A DNA stretch of 64,000 bases from Candidatus Buchananbacteria bacterium (GTDB taxonomy: Bacteria > Patescibacteriota > Patescibacteriia > Buchananbacterales > UBA6539): contig JABWCG010000002.1 in NCBI GenBank assembly GCA_013359225.1, positions 113,470 through 177,469 of the forward strand, given 5' to 3'. The notes under the pieces are model-generated. The model did no database searches and was not told where the DNA came from. It saw nothing but the letters and a program-made list of their open reading frames with translations. Position numbers and translations under genes: made by a program. Positions 61,912 to 64,000 of the stretch are shown piece by piece (the stretch's first letter is position 1; each line of letters starts with the position of its first letter).

Positions 61912-62847
61912 ATGCCGAAAGTATTGGTCACTGGCGGGGCGGGGTTTATTGGGTCACATTTGTGTCGTTATCTATTGGAACGGGGAAACCAGGTTGTTTG
62001 CCTGGATAATTTTTTTACTGGCCAAAAACGTAATATTAAAGATTTGTTGGATAACAAAAATTTTTTGCTTTTAGAACATGACGTCACTAATCCGTTTGAG
62101 GCAGAAGTTGACCAAATTTATAATCTAGCTTGCCCGGCGTCGCCGGTTCATTACCAAAAAACGCCGGTGGAAACGGTACGAACCAATGTTTTGGGAGCCA
62201 TTAATTGTCTTGAACTTTCTAAGAAGTTGGGCGGGATTCGGGTGTTGCAGGCATCCACTTCCGAAGTCTACGGTGATCCCGAGGTTCATCCACAAACGGA
62301 AAAATATAATGGCAATGTTAACCCGATTGGTCCGCGCGCCTGCTATGACGAAGGCAAACGTTGCGCCGAGACATTATTTTTTGATTATCATCGTGAAAGC
62401 CGGGTACCAATTAAAGTTGTCAGAATTTTTAATACTTATGGGCCAAACATGTCCTGGGATGACGGACGAGTTGTCTCAAATTTTATTACTCAGGCACTTA
62501 AGGGTGAACCGATCACTATTTATGGCAGTGGTAATCAAACCCGGTCATTTTGTTATGTTGATGATATGGTTTCTGGTTTGTATCAGATGATGGAGCTTGA
62601 TGATGATTGGACCGGTCCGGTTAATCTTGGTAATCCCGGAGAGTTTACTATTAAAGAGCTGGCGGAAACAATTATCAAAATGACTAACAGTACGAGTAAG
62701 ATTATTTTTAAAGATTTGCCGCAGGACGATCCGAAACAGCGAAAGCCCGATATTAGTCTGGCTAAAACGCGATTACAGTGGCAGCCGAACGTTGACCTTG
62801 CGGCTGGGCTAGAAAAAACCATTAATTATTTTAAAGACGTGTTATGA
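61912..62847 (+). CDS. UDP-glucuronic acid decarboxylase (UDP-xylose synthase-like) SDR (probable start ATG 61912)
   Basis: '[12 protein letters not shown]', '[14 protein letters not shown]', '[10 protein letters not shown]', '[11 protein letters not shown]', 'DGRVVSNFI', '[10 protein letters not shown]'. Confidence 0.9.
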   Translation: MPKVLVTGGAGFIGSHLCRYLLERGNQVVCLDNFFTGQKRNIKDLLDNKNFLLLEHDVTNPFEAEVDQIYNLACPASPVHYQKTPVETVRTNVLGAINCLELSKKLGGIRVLQASTSEVYGDPEVHPQTEKYNGNVNPIGPRACYDEGKRCAETLFFDYHRESRVPIKVVRIFNTYGPNMSWDDGRVVSNFITQALKGEPITIYGSGNQTRSFCYVDDMVSGLYQMMELDDDWTGPVNLGNPGEFTIKELAETIIKMTNSTSKIIFKDLPQDDPKQRKPDISLAKTRLQWQPNVDLAAGLEKTINYFKDVL

Positions 62848-63494
62848 AAAAATATTATTTAGGACTGATGCTGATTCTGGCTGCGGTGATGGTCGGTTGT
62901 GTTGGCCAAATTAAAACCCTGGCCGACGTGGTGGCGCTTTCTGCTAAAAATACCAACTATAAGTATCAGCAGATTGATCCGGCGAATCCGAGTGAATCAA
63001 CAGAAATATTTTTTAAAGATGGCAAAGTAAAAATTAAGAGTCCAATTGGCGACACATATATTGATCAGGCCGCTAATCGGTTATATGCCGGATCCAGTCA
63101 AGAAGCGCTGCAAAACATTTTTATTTTTTCTGATATTCCAACTCAGCTCCAGGAATTTTTGAAATATAATTTAGTTATTCCAGTTAATCAGCTTGATATT
63201 AGTAAAACGTATCTGAAAAAAGAAAAGATTGGCGATAAAGACACTTTTGTTTTTGAACTGTTGGATGCTCAGGAAGAGTATGACTACACTACGACGGTTT
63301 GGTTTTGGGATGAAAACGGTTTGCCGGTACAATTTAGAATTACCAATAATACGACTGGTAACAGTATTGATATTCAAGTCCAAAATATTGAGTTTGGAGT
63401 CGTCACTGACGATGACGTCACAGTGCCGGCTACGGCGCGGTTGTTGGATTCAACCCAGGCCATACCGGAAGACTTAATTAATAATAATCAATAA
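62844..63494 (+). CDS. Lipoprotein of unknown function, possibly LolA/DUF4412-like beta fold
   Basis: Lipobox-like 'VMVG/C'; 'EKIGDKDT..F', '[11 protein letters not shown]', 'NIEFG.V.D....VP'. Confidence 0.55.
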   Translation: MKKYYLGLMLILAAVMVGCVGQIKTLADVVALSAKNTNYKYQQIDPANPSESTEIFFKDGKVKIKSPIGDTYIDQAANRLYAGSSQEALQNIFIFSDIPTQLQEFLKYNLVIPVNQLDISKTYLKKEKIGDKDTFVFELLDAQEEYDYTTTVWFWDENGLPVQFRITNNTTGNSIDIQVQNIEFGVVTDDDVTVPATARLLDSTQAIPEDLINNNQ

Positions 63495-63495
63495 T

Positions 63496-64000
63496 GTGAA
63501 GTTGTTAGTTACCGGAGGCGCCGGGTTTATTGGCAGTAGCGTTGTTGATGCCCTGATTGAAAAAGGGCACGACGTTGTGGTAGTTGATGATTTGTCAACC
63601 GGTGAGAAAAAAAATATCAATCCTAAAGCCAAGTTTTATAAGTTGGATATTGGTGACGAAAAGAAAATAGAAAAAGTTTTTAAAGCTGAAAAGCCGCAGG
63701 CAGTGTTTCATTTGGCGGCCCAAATTGACGTACGTAAATCGGTTGCCGATCCGGTCGGTGACGCGCACAAGAATATTATTGCCGGGTTAACGCTTTTGGA
63801 ATCTTGCCGAAAACATCAGGTTGCTAAAGTAATTTTTTCTTCAACCGGCGGCGCGATTTATGGTGATACTGAATCGCGACCAACCGCCGAAAACCACCCC
63901 GAGTCGCCGGTTTCGCCTTATGGTATTGCCAAATTGACCCTGGAAAAATATCTTTATTTTTATCACTATGCCTATGGCTTATCGTACGTTGTGTTACGCT
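63496..64000 (+). CDS. NAD-dependent epimerase/dehydratase (GalE-like), truncated by the window end; absent from the ORF track
   Basis: GTG start; translates '[17 protein letters not shown]...GH.VVVVDDLSTG...VFHLAAQIDVRKSV.DP...FSSTGGAIYG...SPYGIAK'. Confidence 0.9.
   Translation, partial: MKLLVTGGAGFIGSSVVDALIEKGHDVVVVDDLSTGEKKNINPKAKFYKLDIGDEKKIEKVFKAEKPQAVFHLAAQIDVRKSVADPVGDAHKNIIAGLTLLESCRKHQVAKVIFSSTGGAIYGDTESRPTAENHPESPVSPYGIAKLTLEKYLYFYHYAYGLSYVVLR

Noticed and set aside
1-64000. Stop-codon reassignment (code 25)
   Set aside because: TGA terminates genes, long ORFs are intact under code 11, and prfB with its UGA frameshift site is present.

Overview
A gene-dense bacterial chromosome segment read in standard code 11. 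Its gene content (alpha2-type GlyRS, C-terminally truncated Rel, VirB2/TrbC-like pilin fusions, giant Cys-rich surface protein, class II RNR) suggests a Patescibacteria/CPR organism of the Parcubacteria/ABY1 type; this is inference, not proven. Housekeeping genes (glyQS, parAB, rel, topA, folC, dprA, pth, der, lepB, hisS, rpsU, ybeY, ftsA, ftsZ, prfB with +1 frameshift) and four tRNAs are interleaved with five notable accessory loci. (1) A cobalamin scavenging-and-use cluster at 53-59.6 kb: B12-dependent NrdJ, CobO adenosyltransferase, a variant cobalamin riboswitch, a secreted transcobalamin-architecture protein, a DUF4430 protein and a BtuM-like ECF S-component. (2) A pilin-headed surface-protein operon at 28-50 kb with a 5756-aa Cys-rich giant. 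(3) A ~1 kb RNA-rich intergenic locus at 14.6-15.6 kb with three tandem promoters, a small RNA with 17-nt complementarity to a larger structured RNA, and an unannotated 46-aa membrane peptide. (4) A second structured ncRNA plus a Zn-ribbon microprotein at 20.3-20.7 kb. (5) A membrane-anchored single-AAA Clp ATPase beside two exported Cys-rich proteins that share a conserved N-terminal leader. No CRISPR array, transposase, integrase or reverse transcriptase was seen. All structure and family calls were made by eye, without database searches.
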